From a virus, in IMG/VR virus record IMGVR_UViG_3300003154_000002, positions 1-64,000 of that record: a DNA stretch of 64,000 bases. One strand, given 5' to 3'. The notes beneath the pieces were generated by a model. It worked only from the letters and a program-made list of their open reading frames with translations, had not been told where the DNA came from and did not search any database. The translations under genes were made by a program, and so were the position numbers. Positions 23,950-34,087 of this stretch are shown here, in pieces; the stretch's first letter is position 1; every line of letters begins with the position of its first letter.

Positions 23950-25862
23950 ATAAATTAACGACTAATGTTACTCCTTACGAGGATTGTTATAGAAGTTTAT
24001 TTTATTATAATTCAGATATTTTAACTCATCTTATTTCGGCTGGATCTGTTTCTGGATTTCACGGAAAGACCGGCATAGATAAAATTATCTGGGATTTTGA
24101 TAATGAAGATTTAAATGTCTCTCAAAAAGATGCTCTATCATTAATAGAACGCTTGATAACTGAGTATGACTTAAGAAAAGAAGAGATCGGTATTTTCTTT
24201 TCCGGGAGGAAAGGATTTGCTATAGAGATAAATGTTAACGGTATTGTCGGTTTAGATGGAGTTTTACACGAAAATATCCCCATTTTTACAAAAAAGTTTT
24301 GCACCAAATTAGCTGAAGATTTAGAAAGTTTCGATAGAGTTATTTATAATATTAATCGCCTTTACCGCATTAATGGAACTCTTCATCAGAAAACTTCTGT
24401 TGTTAAAGGTAATGAGGTTCGTTTATTTAAGACTAGTTTGTCTTATGACCAACTTAAGAATCTTAAGGTCGAGGATATTAAAGAGTATTGTATCGAACTT
24501 CACCTTCCGCTAGAAGTCGAAAGTATCGCAAAGCCGGAAAAGCTCTCTTGGTTAATGGAGGAAATTAAAAAGAACGTAGATAATCTAGCTAAGACTCTAC
24601 CAGTATTTGCACAAGTCACAGGTTTACCTGATGATTCTAGTGCGCCGTTTGGTCAGAAGGTTTGCATTTGGCGTTTAACGCAGGGGAATATTACAGACTA
24701 TAGAGATAATGCTCTATTGGCTATTGCCGACAACGATAAGAAGATGGGGCTTCCTCCTACGGTAGTTAAAGGTAAACTTATGGGCGTTCTTGAGTTAATG
24801 GATGCCAGCAATCCGAATAAAGCAAAGTTAGATCCGGTTAGTGAAACCGACATCGATAGAATCGTTAGACAGACGTTTAGTAATAATTATGATTTCGGTT
24901 GTCACAATCCAATCTTAGCAAAGGTCTGCAGTAAACGTTGTTATCTTGCACCAAAGGTATTTAAGAATGACGTTACTTCTGTAACTACTTTCTTGGAAGC
25001 ATATAGGAACTCTAGTAAGTTCTACAGAGAGTATTATAAGAATATTGTACCCACGGGTATTAGTAGCATTGATAATAATATGCCTTTGTTCTTAGGTACT
25101 TATAATCTATTGGTTGGTAAACCGGGTACAGGTAAGACATCTTTGATGCTTAATTTTATGCGTAATGCGAGTATGGCTGATATTCCAGCTATCTTCTTTA
25201 GTATGGATATGAGTGAGGAGATGTTAATTCAGAGATGTGCCCCAATCATTATTAGAAATCCGAACGGTACACCTAAGTTTAGTGGTAAAGAATTCATGCA
25301 GGCCCACGCAAAAGGTGATTTAAAACTAATGCGAGAAGCTGAAGAAGAGTTCGCAAAGCTGTCTTCTAATGTATTGATTAGTTCCAAATCCAAACTTACG
25401 GTTTCCGATATTAAAAAAGAAGTCGAAGCGCAAGAAGCAAGGTGGGGTAAGAAAGTTAAGCTACTTATCGTAGATTATGTTCAGCTACTGACTTCTGATA
25501 AAGAAGGATACGCTAATGCTACATTCAATGCAGATGAAATTAAAACGTTAGCAAAAGATATGAATCTCTGTTTCTTAGGGTTATCTCAAGCAACAGGAAG
25601 CTATAATGATGCTAATATTATGGCTAAAGGTAGCCGGGCATGGGAAGAAGGCGCGTCAACGCAATTAAATTGTTGGAGGCCATTCCACAAGATCAATTCT
25701 GACCATGATTGGATAATGACCTTACAGATGTCCAAAAACAGACTAGGGCCTTCTGACAGGGTAGATTTGTACTGGCACGGTAGCTCAGGCGTTGTAAGAG
25801 ATTTAGAAGAAGGCGAACAAATTGAATGGGCGGCGTTGAAAGAAACAATGGATCATGACTAA
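23877..25862 (+). CDS. bifunctional primase (AEP/prim-pol-like N-terminus) and DnaB-family SF4 helicase
   Basis: N-terminal IIWDFDNED and FFSGRKGFAIEI resemble AEP motifs I and II. C-terminal Walker A GKPGTGKTSLMLN and Walker B LLIVDYVQLL. Confidence 0.8.
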   Translation: MPEKFIEFRKGLINREKRATVIELDKLTTNVTPYEDCYRSLFYYNSDILTHLISAGSVSGFHGKTGIDKIIWDFDNEDLNVSQKDALSLIERLITEYDLRKEEIGIFFSGRKGFAIEINVNGIVGLDGVLHENIPIFTKKFCTKLAEDLESFDRVIYNINRLYRINGTLHQKTSVVKGNEVRLFKTSLSYDQLKNLKVEDIKEYCIELHLPLEVESIAKPEKLSWLMEEIKKNVDNLAKTLPVFAQVTGLPDDSSAPFGQKVCIWRLTQGNITDYRDNALLAIADNDKKMGLPPTVVKGKLMGVLELMDASNPNKAKLDPVSETDIDRIVRQTFSNNYDFGCHNPILAKVCSKRCYLAPKVFKNDVTSVTTFLEAYRNSSKFYREYYKNIVPTGISSIDNNMPLFLGTYNLLVGKPGTGKTSLMLNFMRNASMADIPAIFFSMDMSEEMLIQRCAPIIIRNPNGTPKFSGKEFMQAHAKGDLKLMREAEEEFAKLSSNVLISSKSKLTVSDIKKEVEAQEARWGKKVKLLIVDYVQLLTSDKEGYANATFNADEIKTLAKDMNLCFLGLSQATGSYNDANIMAKGSRAWEEGASTQLNCWRPFHKINSDHDWIMTLQMSKNRLGPSDRVDLYWHGSSGVVRDLEEGEQIEWAALKETMDHD

Positions 25863-28023
25863 AAACTATTATATAGCTAATACACAAGAACAAAAATCAG
25901 CGGTCTTAGAATATTTGATGGGAGTACATGGTGTAATAGCGGTAGATACAGAAACAACAAGTGCTGATCCCTTTAGTTGTGATTTGTTGGGTATTTCGTT
26001 TTCGTGCAAAGAAGGAGAAGCATTTTATATCCCGGTTGATAATGGTATTCTTTCCTCACGTCCCCATTTTGACGAAAATCATTGGTTTTTGCTAGATGAA
26101 ATTTTAAGAGATTCTAGAAATTTATTAGTAATGCATAATAGTGTATTTGATATTCTAGTATTTAAGAACACGTTAAGAATAGATTGTAGAGAAAGACTCC
26201 ACGCAGATACAATCTTAATGAAACATACGGTAGATGAGAGCAGACCACACGGTTTAAAAGAAACAGCAATGAAATATCTTGGTGCTGAGTGGGGCGATGA
26301 TAGAGAAGATCTTAAGGCTTCTGTTCTCGCCAATGGTGGTAAGTGGTCTAAGGCAGAAAAGAACTTTGATAAAGCAGACTTAGATATATTGGGTAAGTAT
26401 GCTTGTGCCGACGCGGATATGACGTTTAGGCTGTATAACTTATTTGAACAGAAACTAATAGACCAGAACTTACACGACTTCTTCTACAAAGCGGAGGTGA
26501 TGCCTTTAAACTATGTTGTAATCAATATGGTTGAGAGGGGTATTAAAGTAGATGTAGATTATTATACTAATCTGAAGAAGGAACTAGAGAAGGAAGTTAG
26601 TGAGTTAGAAAGTAAAGTGCATGAAGATTTGGTTCAGTCACATAACGATATATACACAACATTAGAGTCACACTTACTTGAGAAGAAAGTTCCTATAAAA
26701 GCTAAGGGCGCATTGTTTGAACAAATGTTCATGGATGAAGGTATCCCACTTGTTTATAACAAAAAGACGGGAAATCCCACTTTTACACAAACGGTAGTAG
26801 AAGACGCCTTAAAAGATACCCCGGATAGTAAGTTACTTCAGTGGAGATTAGGAAAGATAACAGAAGCAGAGTTTCTAAAAACAGAGAGTGACAAGGTAGC
26901 TAAAGCGCGTAAGACCTTGTATTTAAAAGATAATGAGTCTCCATATATTGTTAATCTTGGTTCCAACGATCAATTAGGAGAGCTTTTATTTAAGCATTTG
27001 GGTGAGGTAGCAGAGAAGAAAACAGACGGCGGTAAGCCTCAAGTAGACGACGAAATTCTAGAGAAGTTTGTAGGTAAGTACAAATTTATTGAGTATTTAC
27101 TACAACTTAAGAAGGTTAGGAAGCTTCTTTCAACCTATGTTGAGGCGGCGGTAAATAAGAACGTAAACGGAGTAATTCATCCGAATTGGCTTCAGTTTGG
27201 TACCGAGTCTGGTAGGTTCTCGTGCGTGAATCCTAACTACCAAAACCTCCCAAGGGAAGATAAGAGGATCAAGAAAGGCATTATAGCAAGAGAAGGTATG
27301 GTACTGATAGGTGCAGATTACGCGCAATTAGAAGCAAGATGTTTTGCTCATTGTAGTAATGAAAAGAAACTTATTGATGCATTTAAAGATAATAATGACT
27401 TCTATGGAACATTAGCAATAGATTTATTTGGACTTGATTGTAAAGCCAACGAAGTAAAAGAAAAATATCCAGACATAAGATTTAAATCAAAAGTAGTAGG
27501 TTTAGCAACCACATACGGAGCTGGAAAATATAGATTGAGTTCTCTTCTAAATACAACTGTATCCGAAGCAGAAAAATTTAGAGAAAATTATTTTAAAAAA
27601 TATACAAGTTTAGCAAAATATATAAGACAATGTCAAGGGCACGTCCTTTTAAAAGGATGGATAGCTAACGAAACAGGAAGAATAAGACATTTTCCAGACA
27701 TAAAAAAACTTAAAAATAAAAAAGATCGTGTATCAAAAAGACAATTTAATGGGATGTTAAATTTATCTGTGAATTTTCCAATACAGTCTCTAGCGGCATC
27801 TATTATCAATAGAGCAATCATAGCTATGTCGCTAAAGTTTATAACAGAAGGCATAGATGCTAACGTAATAATGATGGTACACGACTCGGTCGTCGTGGAG
27901 TGTGAAGAGGGAATGGCGCTAAAGTGTCACAAAATTATACAAGATTGTATGGAAAACACATATAAACTTAATGTAGCACTCAGCGCAATTCCACAGATAG
28001 GAAAAAATGTCGGAGAAGTATAA
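25855..28023 (+). CDS. family A DNA polymerase with 3'-5' exonuclease domain
   Basis: Exo I IAVDTETT. Pol motif A GADYAQLEAR, motif B RFKSKVVGLATTYGAG, motif C MVHDSVVVE. Confidence 0.9.
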   Translation: MTKNYYIANTQEQKSAVLEYLMGVHGVIAVDTETTSADPFSCDLLGISFSCKEGEAFYIPVDNGILSSRPHFDENHWFLLDEILRDSRNLLVMHNSVFDILVFKNTLRIDCRERLHADTILMKHTVDESRPHGLKETAMKYLGAEWGDDREDLKASVLANGGKWSKAEKNFDKADLDILGKYACADADMTFRLYNLFEQKLIDQNLHDFFYKAEVMPLNYVVINMVERGIKVDVDYYTNLKKELEKEVSELESKVHEDLVQSHNDIYTTLESHLLEKKVPIKAKGALFEQMFMDEGIPLVYNKKTGNPTFTQTVVEDALKDTPDSKLLQWRLGKITEAEFLKTESDKVAKARKTLYLKDNESPYIVNLGSNDQLGELLFKHLGEVAEKKTDGGKPQVDDEILEKFVGKYKFIEYLLQLKKVRKLLSTYVEAAVNKNVNGVIHPNWLQFGTESGRFSCVNPNYQNLPREDKRIKKGIIAREGMVLIGADYAQLEARCFAHCSNEKKLIDAFKDNNDFYGTLAIDLFGLDCKANEVKEKYPDIRFKSKVVGLATTYGAGKYRLSSLLNTTVSEAEKFRENYFKKYTSLAKYIRQCQGHVLLKGWIANETGRIRHFPDIKKLKNKKDRVSKRQFNGMLNLSVNFPIQSLAASIINRAIIAMSLKFITEGIDANVIMMVHDSVVVECEEGMALKCHKIIQDCMENTYKLNVALSAIPQIGKNVGEV

Positions 28024-28666
28024 AACATGCTCTGTTTGCAAAAAACGAAAATCAATATCCAAATTCAGTCGACAAATAGATGGAAAAATGGGTGTAAAAC
28101 CGGATTGTAAAGAATGTAGAGCAAAAAGACAAAAGAACTGGAGAAAAGATAATCCAAATTATCATAAAGAGTATTATAAACTTTGGTGCAAACTTCATCC
28201 AGAAAAAATAAAGGAATATGCCAAAAAATATAATAAACTTAATAGAGAAATTCTTTCTAGAAAAAAGAAAGAACGTAGAGCAACGAAAGAAGGAAAAGAG
28301 ATAAGAAAAATATGGGACAGTAATAATTATATCAATAATCCGAACCACAAACTAAGAATTTCTCTCAGAAATAGATGTAATAAAGCAATAAAAAACAACT
28401 ATAAACAAGGGTCTTTTGTAAAAGATCTTGGATGTTCTATCGAAGAACTTAGAAAATACTTAGAATCAAAATTTAAACCCGGAATGACTTGGAATAATTG
28501 GTCCTTCTATGGATGGCACATTGATCATATTAAACCTTTAAGTAGTTTTAATCTAGAAAACAGAAAAGAGTTTTTAGAAGCATGTCATTATACTAATTTG
28601 CAACCTTTGTGGTGGAAAGATAATTTGATCAAATCCAAGAAAATAAATCTAGCGGAGACAAAATGA
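28007..28666 (+). CDS. HNH homing endonuclease (paralog family A)
   Basis: GWHIDHIKPLS...NLQPLWWKDN. About 70% nucleotide-level similarity by eye to the 3' part of 2268-2777. Confidence 0.85.
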   Translation: MSEKYKTCSVCKKRKSISKFSRQIDGKMGVKPDCKECRAKRQKNWRKDNPNYHKEYYKLWCKLHPEKIKEYAKKYNKLNREILSRKKKERRATKEGKEIRKIWDSNNYINNPNHKLRISLRNRCNKAIKNNYKQGSFVKDLGCSIEELRKYLESKFKPGMTWNNWSFYGWHIDHIKPLSSFNLENRKEFLEACHYTNLQPLWWKDNLIKSKKINLAETK

Positions 28667-29385
28667 ACAAAGTGCTATTAATTCCCGATGTGCATGTTCC
28701 GTACCATGATAAGAAAGCGTTTAACTTAATGCTTAAAGCGGGTACGGAATTTAAACCAGATACAATTGTTATTATGGGAGATTTTATAGACAATTACTCC
28801 ATAAGCAGATATGATAAGAGTCCAGAAAGGGAAAAACATTTAAAATGGGAGGTAGTGGAAGCAAACAAAAGACTAAACGAAATAGATAGGATTAATCCAG
28901 AAGCAACAAAGATATTTATTGCTGGAAATCACGAAGAGAGATTAGATACATATATTAAGAAAGAAGCTCCTGAATTGTTTGGATTAGTAGATACTCAGGG
29001 GTTGTTGAAACTAAAAGAAAGAAAGTATAAGTTTTATCCTTATGGCAAACATCATAAGTTAGGAAAACTTATTGCAACTCATGGCACGTTAACCCGAAAG
29101 GGTATCGCCAGGGTAATGATCGAAAAGTATGGTAAATCAGTTTGTTTCGGTCACGTTCACAAGATAGAACAGGCAATTAAAGTAAACGCTTTAAATGAAT
29201 GTCATGTCGGATTTACAATGGGTTGGTTGGGCGATATAAAGAAAACAGATTATATCAAAGACTTTACAGACTGGATGTTAGGTTTTGCTACAGCAGTGAT
29301 ACTTCCGAATGGTAATTTCTTTCACCAAGTACATCCTATTGTCGGTTATAAGTGTTACGTAAACGGTAAGATATACGAGAACTAA
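28663..29385 (+). CDS. calcineurin-like metallophosphoesterase
   Basis: IPDVHVPYHD, MGDFIDN, AGNHEER, THG and GHVH motifs. Confidence 0.85.
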   Translation: MNKVLLIPDVHVPYHDKKAFNLMLKAGTEFKPDTIVIMGDFIDNYSISRYDKSPEREKHLKWEVVEANKRLNEIDRINPEATKIFIAGNHEERLDTYIKKEAPELFGLVDTQGLLKLKERKYKFYPYGKHHKLGKLIATHGTLTRKGIARVMIEKYGKSVCFGHVHKIEQAIKVNALNECHVGFTMGWLGDIKKTDYIKDFTDWMLGFATAVILPNGNFFHQVHPIVGYKCYVNGKIYEN

Positions 29386-29386
29386 A

Positions 29387-29551
29387 ATGAAAAAACAGAT
29401 GGAAATAAATAATCTACAAGATCTGATAGTAAATAAATTATTAGAAGAATACTCAGAAGACGATTACATGTCTCTAAGTGATAAAGAGTATAGAATAAAT
29501 GATATATTAGACAATATAGCTAAATTATTAATTAGAATGGTAAAAGAATAA
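29387..29551 (+). CDS. possible 54-aa acidic helical peptide (below cutoff)
   Basis: ATG lies 2 nt after the previous stop. Fills the gap before csp. Confidence 0.4.
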   Translation: MKKQMEINNLQDLIVNKLLEEYSEDDYMSLSDKEYRINDILDNIAKLLIRMVKE

Positions 29552-29573
29552 CAAATAAACAAAAGGAATAAAA

Positions 29574-29774
29574 ATGATTCAAGGGAAAGTTAAGTGGTTC
29601 AATTCAAAAAAGGGATTTGGGTTTATCACAAAAGATGATGGGACAGACGTGTTCGTACATCACACAGGAATTAATGGAGAAGGATTTAAAAATCTCGAAG
29701 AGGGTGAATCAGTAGAGTTTGAGCTTATGGACGGTCAAAAGGGTCCACAGGCTACGAGTGTAAACAAGCTCTAA
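29574..29774 (+). CDS. cold-shock domain protein (CspA family)
   Basis: [15 protein letters not shown] (RNP1) and VFVHHTGI (RNP2). Confidence 0.9.
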   Translation: MIQGKVKWFNSKKGFGFITKDDGTDVFVHHTGINGEGFKNLEEGESVEFELMDGQKGPQATSVNKL

Positions 29775-30266
29775 ATGAAAATCTGTTGCTGTTGTAAAAA
29801 GAAAAAGACAAAAGATAACTTTTTTAGAGACAAATCTAGATCTGATGGTTTTTCTTATCATTGCAAAGCTTGCGATAAAATAAAGTCAAAACTATTTTTC
29901 TTAAAAAATCCAAGTTTTTATAAAGAAAAATATGCTAGAACTAAAATGTCTAGATATTCGCAACCTAAAACAAGATACAACGCGGCAAAGAGATCTTCAA
30001 GATACAATCAAATAAGTTGGAGAATAACATTTAAAGACTATCTAAAAGTAGTAAGTAAACAATGTGTGTATTGCGGTCATTCCTTACCTCTCACCGGAAG
30101 TGGCCTAGATAGAATAAATAGTAATATCGGATACACACATAAAAACGTTGTCCCTTGTTGCACTGTGTGTAATATGATTAAAAACAATGTTTTTACTTAT
30201 TCTGAAATGTTATTACTTGGTAAAATAGTAAGAAAAATAAGGAGAACTAGATGTCTACAAAGATAG
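29775..30266 (+). CDS. HNH endonuclease (paralog family C)
   Basis: CVYCGH...GSGLDRINSNIGYTHKNVVPCCTVCNMIKN. Confidence 0.8.
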   Translation: MKICCCCKKKKTKDNFFRDKSRSDGFSYHCKACDKIKSKLFFLKNPSFYKEKYARTKMSRYSQPKTRYNAAKRSSRYNQISWRITFKDYLKVVSKQCVYCGHSLPLTGSGLDRINSNIGYTHKNVVPCCTVCNMIKNNVFTYSEMLLLGKIVRKIRRTRCLQR

Positions 30267-30952
30267 TTAGTCTATCCGGTGAGTCTGAAACTGGAAAAGA
30301 TACTTTCGCCGCTCCCCTAATTAAACGAGGTTGGAAATACGCTTCTTTTGCGGAGCCTTTGAAGGAGATGTGTAAACAGCTGTTTGGAATAGCTGATTAT
30401 TTTGTCAATGATCCTACGGGCAAAAAATCTATGTTCGTTAGACCCAGAATACTTACCCCAAAGATTTATGCTCAAATTATCGGATATATGGAGAAATCTT
30501 ACCATTTAGAGGATATGCAAGATATAATATCTAAAGTAAGACAAGAATGTGTGGACAAACCTTTTAAAAACACTGGTAAATATTTAGAATTTAGTTCACC
30601 AAGAAAGCTCTTACAGTTTGTCGGCACAGATATTTGCCGAGAAGTATTTCCAGAATATTTTCTTGATATGCTCAAAAAAGAACTTGATAGAGACGTTCGT
30701 AATGCTGTTATTACTGATTCTCGGTTTCCAAATGAACGAGAAATGTTAAAGAACGAATTTGGAGCTACATTAATTAGAATTAAGAGACCCGGATATACGC
30801 TAGACAGTGAAATGAACAATAGACCCCAAGTAGAAGGATCAGTAGTGCATGTATCTGAAAGTTCGTTGGGGGCAGATTCAGAATACGATATTATTATTCT
30901 AAATAACGGAAATATAGATGAATTACAAACAAGAGCCCTAACCTTGTTGTAG
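30251..30952 (+). CDS. P-loop deoxynucleoside monophosphate kinase-like protein
   Basis: LSGESETGKDT P-loop. ITDSRFPNE resembles phage (T5-type) dNMP kinases. Confidence 0.6.
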   Translation: MSTKIVSLSGESETGKDTFAAPLIKRGWKYASFAEPLKEMCKQLFGIADYFVNDPTGKKSMFVRPRILTPKIYAQIIGYMEKSYHLEDMQDIISKVRQECVDKPFKNTGKYLEFSSPRKLLQFVGTDICREVFPEYFLDMLKKELDRDVRNAVITDSRFPNEREMLKNEFGATLIRIKRPGYTLDSEMNNRPQVEGSVVHVSESSLGADSEYDIIILNNGNIDELQTRALTLL

Positions 30953-30961
30953 GAGAAATAT

Positions 30962-31159
30962 ATGTTAGTATGTGACCTCTGTAAACAAAAAATAAGTGGA
31001 GATTCGTATGTAAAATACGTTTTTCCTAAAATGATAAATCACGGCAAAATAGAACAATGGTATGACGCTATGGATATTTGTCAGGGATGCAGCATCTCTT
31101 GTGCAAAATCATGCGGTATCGTAGTAACAGAGGTCAAAAATGAAAAAGAAACAACCTAA
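30962..31159 (+). CDS. small Cys-rich hypothetical protein
   Basis: 65-aa ORF with CDLC...CQGC. Confidence 0.5.
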   Translation: MLVCDLCKQKISGDSYVKYVFPKMINHGKIEQWYDAMDICQGCSISCAKSCGIVVTEVKNEKETT

Positions 31160-31454
31160 AGTTGGAGATCTAGCTGAAGTTAAGTGGTTAGATATAGTGT
31201 GGTTTCTCGACATTGACGATCTTGAAATGGAACAATTCAAGAATGGTGGGGATACAAGATACACCGTTGGATATATAGCTGGGATAGATAGAGATAAGAT
31301 TCTTATTAGTTCCGAATTGGACGAAGACAGAGACCCAAATAGAGACTTTAATCTTATTCCAATGTCCAACGTTAAAGGTATAGAAATAATCAGAGAAGGA
31401 ACTTTTGATAATTGGGGAGGGGTTCTTCCCAAGAAAGATAAGAATGACCAATAA
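31140..31454 (+). CDS. hypothetical protein (KVGD start, no IETLK tail)
   Basis: Begins MKKKQPKVGDLAEVKW... Confidence 0.55.
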   Translation: MKKKQPKVGDLAEVKWLDIVWFLDIDDLEMEQFKNGGDTRYTVGYIAGIDRDKILISSELDEDRDPNRDFNLIPMSNVKGIEIIREGTFDNWGGVLPKKDKNDQ

Positions 31455-31596
31455 CAAAAAAATTCAAATAGAATTTAAAGTAAAATTAGATAAAACTTCT
31501 AAACAAAACTTAAAATATATAACAGATAGTTTAAAAATAATTAGAGAAAATTCTAAGTTCTTAAATGAATTAAGGAAATGCGTAAATGACAACTAA
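31444..31596 (+). CDS. small basic hypothetical protein
   Basis: Start refined to ATG 31444 (track start 31405). Confidence 0.45.
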   Translation: MTNNKKIQIEFKVKLDKTSKQNLKYITDSLKIIRENSKFLNELRKCVNDN

Positions 31597-32203
31597 GAAA
31601 GAAGAAGAAATCAATACTGATGGAGGGAATGTTTTATTTCTCGACATTAGTTCTAGCTGTACGGGTTACGCTATTGGTAACTTAGATATGGCTAAAAGAA
31701 TAGGTAACATTACTAAAGCGGGAGTTATCTGGTTCGATGATAATTGGACCCACGGACAGAAATACAATTATCTATATAACTTTGTATTAAATAAATCTTA
31801 CATTGAAGATAATATCTTTGATGTAGTGGCCGAAGCTTACATGGTTAATACTAAGAAGATGTGCGGTACACTCATCATCCCCGAAGCAACAGGAGCAATT
31901 AAGTGTGCTTGTTACGAAGCTAATCCGCCGTTGGGATTTGAACAGATATATCCACAAACGTGGAGATCGGTATTAAAGATTAAGAGGGATAAGAATTTTG
32001 ATGGTTCAAAGGGTTGGAAGTTGCCTGCTAAAGAGTGGGTAAAAAAGAACTTATCAGTAACTATTCCTGATAAAATTAAATCAAATATTACAGGTAAAGA
32101 CAGACCAACTCCTTATGATTTTTTTGATTGTTTGTGTATCGCTTCTGCTTGGCTAACCAAAAAAGGAGCCACAAAGGTAGTATTTAACGGAGTAATTGAA
32201 TGA
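31586..32203 (+). CDS. RuvC-like Holliday junction resolvase
   Basis: VLFLDISSSCTGYAIG (first catalytic Asp) and VVAEAYM (Glu), an RNase H-fold pattern. Confidence 0.7.
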   Translation: MTTKKEEEINTDGGNVLFLDISSSCTGYAIGNLDMAKRIGNITKAGVIWFDDNWTHGQKYNYLYNFVLNKSYIEDNIFDVVAEAYMVNTKKMCGTLIIPEATGAIKCACYEANPPLGFEQIYPQTWRSVLKIKRDKNFDGSKGWKLPAKEWVKKNLSVTIPDKIKSNITGKDRPTPYDFFDCLCIASAWLTKKGATKVVFNGVIE

Positions 32204-32532
32204 AGTGGATAAAGAATCCAAGCACCAACTGTAGTGATACAATGCTCTCATTAGCGGTGTGGGGATTTATGTTTTGTATAGGAATTACTGCTTGTTCTCT
32301 ATTTTATTTAGTAACAACGGGTCAAAGTTTAGAAGGACTAAGCAATGTGTCTATATTAGTAGGAACAATTATGACTTCCACAATAGGAGCTTATACGGCT
32401 CGTAAATGGACAGATGTTAAATACGGAAACGGACATTCAGTAGAAAGAGAAGAACAACCCACTCCTATTGTTGGTGTTCCATTAGATCTTCCGCCAGTTT
32501 CGCCGGAAGAAGAAGGAAAGGACGGAGTATGA
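32200..32532 (+). CDS. two-pass membrane protein
   Basis: Two TM segments, LSLAVWGFMFCIGITACSLFYLV and ILVGTIMTSTIGAYTA. Confidence 0.6.
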   Translation: MKWIKNPSTNCSDTMLSLAVWGFMFCIGITACSLFYLVTTGQSLEGLSNVSILVGTIMTSTIGAYTARKWTDVKYGNGHSVEREEQPTPIVGVPLDLPPVSPEEEGKDGV

Positions 32533-32834
32533 TATCATTTATAAAGAACTATTGGTACTACATTGTAGGAGGTATTGTTGTTGCTGCTGTTTTAGTTTTT
32601 CTTAGGGACGCAGATAGGGCAGCGATGTTGGCTTCTTTCTTTAAGCGTAAACGAGTAGAAGAAGATGTTAATAAAATTAAAGAGTCCTTAGCAGTAAATA
32701 ATGCGGATATTAAAGCAAACGATGATCAGTTAGCAGATTTAGCATTACACCTTAAGGCACAAAAGGTAGAGGTCAAAAATGCAAATGATGAAGAAATTAA
32801 AGACTTTTATGAAAAATATTTCAAAAACAAGTAA
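32529..32834 (+). CDS. N-terminally anchored coiled-coil membrane protein
   Basis: YWYYIVGGIVVAAVLVFL TM segment followed by a charged helical region. Confidence 0.6.
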   Translation: MISFIKNYWYYIVGGIVVAAVLVFLRDADRAAMLASFFKRKRVEEDVNKIKESLAVNNADIKANDDQLADLALHLKAQKVEVKNANDEEIKDFYEKYFKNK

Positions 32835-33486
32835 TTCGGTAAATGATTCGATAACAGATAATATAACTATTAGTACTTTAGGCGGTACTGGTTGGGTTTC
32901 TCTGCCAGCAGGAAGTGGGCTAACTGTACAAAATCCTTCATATAGTACTACAATAACTTCTAATCTCCCTTATTATACTTATACTCCAGCTTCAACATCC
33001 GCTTCTACAACAAGTTCTGGAAATGTTTATGGTACGGTCGGTGCTTGGGGTAATACTATAACGTCTACAAATACTAATTATCAGTGGTGGACAGATACAA
33101 ATATATATAGTTTCTCTATTAAAATTCCTGGTAAAGAAGACATAGAAATTAACAAAGTAATATTTTCCGACGTTTTAAGAGACGATAAAGTAGAAACATG
33201 TATGATTCTTTCTACTTATACTGTAGATAAAAAATTGTCAGAGTCCTATAAAGTGGGGGAAAAGTTTGAATTTATTCATGTGTTTGATTATACACGTCAG
33301 GGGGAGAAGAAAAGGTATCTATACTCTCTACAAGATTGCATCGTATCTAGAATAAATAAAACAGAAGAAAGACATTCTCCAACATCTATTACTATTAACA
33401 CTTCTCCGATGGAAGAAATATTTATAACCTATAAAAAGAAAGAAGTATCTCCCAAATTTGAGGAATGGTTTAAAGTTGTGAGGTAA
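32779..33486 (+). CDS. Ser/Thr-rich hypothetical protein
   Basis: 235-aa ORF. Start is ambiguous (32779, 32785 or 32809). Confidence 0.55.
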   Translation: MQMMKKLKTFMKNISKTSNSVNDSITDNITISTLGGTGWVSLPAGSGLTVQNPSYSTTITSNLPYYTYTPASTSASTTSSGNVYGTVGAWGNTITSTNTNYQWWTDTNIYSFSIKIPGKEDIEINKVIFSDVLRDDKVETCMILSTYTVDKKLSESYKVGEKFEFIHVFDYTRQGEKKRYLYSLQDCIVSRINKTEERHSPTSITINTSPMEEIFITYKKKEVSPKFEEWFKVVR

Positions 33487-33488
33487 AT

Positions 33489-33671
33489 ATGAGTAAGATA
33501 AGAGTTAAGTTAAACGACGAAACTAAAGAATTAGAATATAAACCTGATATGGAATGTCCTTTCTGTGTAGAGGGAGATTTAGGAGAAGGATTTCCGGGAG
33601 ATCAATGTTTTATGTGTGGGGCATTAGTAACCGGCATTTATGGAACTAAGAAAATTTCCGAGGACGTATGA
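33489..33671 (+). CDS. small Zn-ribbon-like protein
   Basis: Contains CPFC...CFMCG. Confidence 0.5.
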   Translation: MSKIRVKLNDETKELEYKPDMECPFCVEGDLGEGFPGDQCFMCGALVTGIYGTKKISEDV

Positions 33672-34087
33672 AAAAAATAATAGCTTTGTTTTTAGGACTA
33701 TTAATTATTAGCCCGCCCACTTTTGCTGATTCAACTTCGTTAGTTCCTGTTAAAGTAGAGGCGAACCAACAATACACATTCAAAACTGAAGGCTGGTACT
33801 TTACTAAAGAGGCTGAAGTATTCTTACGACAAAGGTTAGTAGAAAGAGACGCTATTCAAAAGCAACTAACGTTGACTCAGGACAGTAACTCTAAGTTACA
33901 AGAGAACGTAAAGTTACAGGAACAAATCTCAGAAAAATATAGAAAGACTTGGTTAGAAACAGAAGATGAATTAACTAAGTATTTGAAGCAAGAGAATAGA
34001 AGTAAGTTCTGGTACATTGTTTTAGGAGGAGCTTTGGTTGTGGCCTCTGGCCTAGCTATTGGTTACGCCGCTAAAGCTATTAAATAA
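33668..34087 (+). CDS. signal peptide plus coiled coil plus C-terminal TM protein
   Basis: MKKIIALFLGLLIISPPTFA signal, a heptad-rich middle, and C-terminal WYIVLGGALVVASGLAIGYAA. Confidence 0.6.
   Translation: MKKIIALFLGLLIISPPTFADSTSLVPVKVEANQQYTFKTEGWYFTKEAEVFLRQRLVERDAIQKQLTLTQDSNSKLQENVKLQEQISEKYRKTWLETEDELTKYLKQENRSKFWYIVLGGALVVASGLAIGYAAKAIK

Noticed and set aside
32529-34087. Coiled-coil membrane proteins as an Rz/Rz1 or unimolecular spanin.
   Set aside because: They lie 7-9 kb from the lysis cassette on the opposite arm. Neither the signal peptide of 33668-34087 nor any overlapping frame I inspected has a lipobox Cys. They are kept as part of the membrane-nuclease finding instead.
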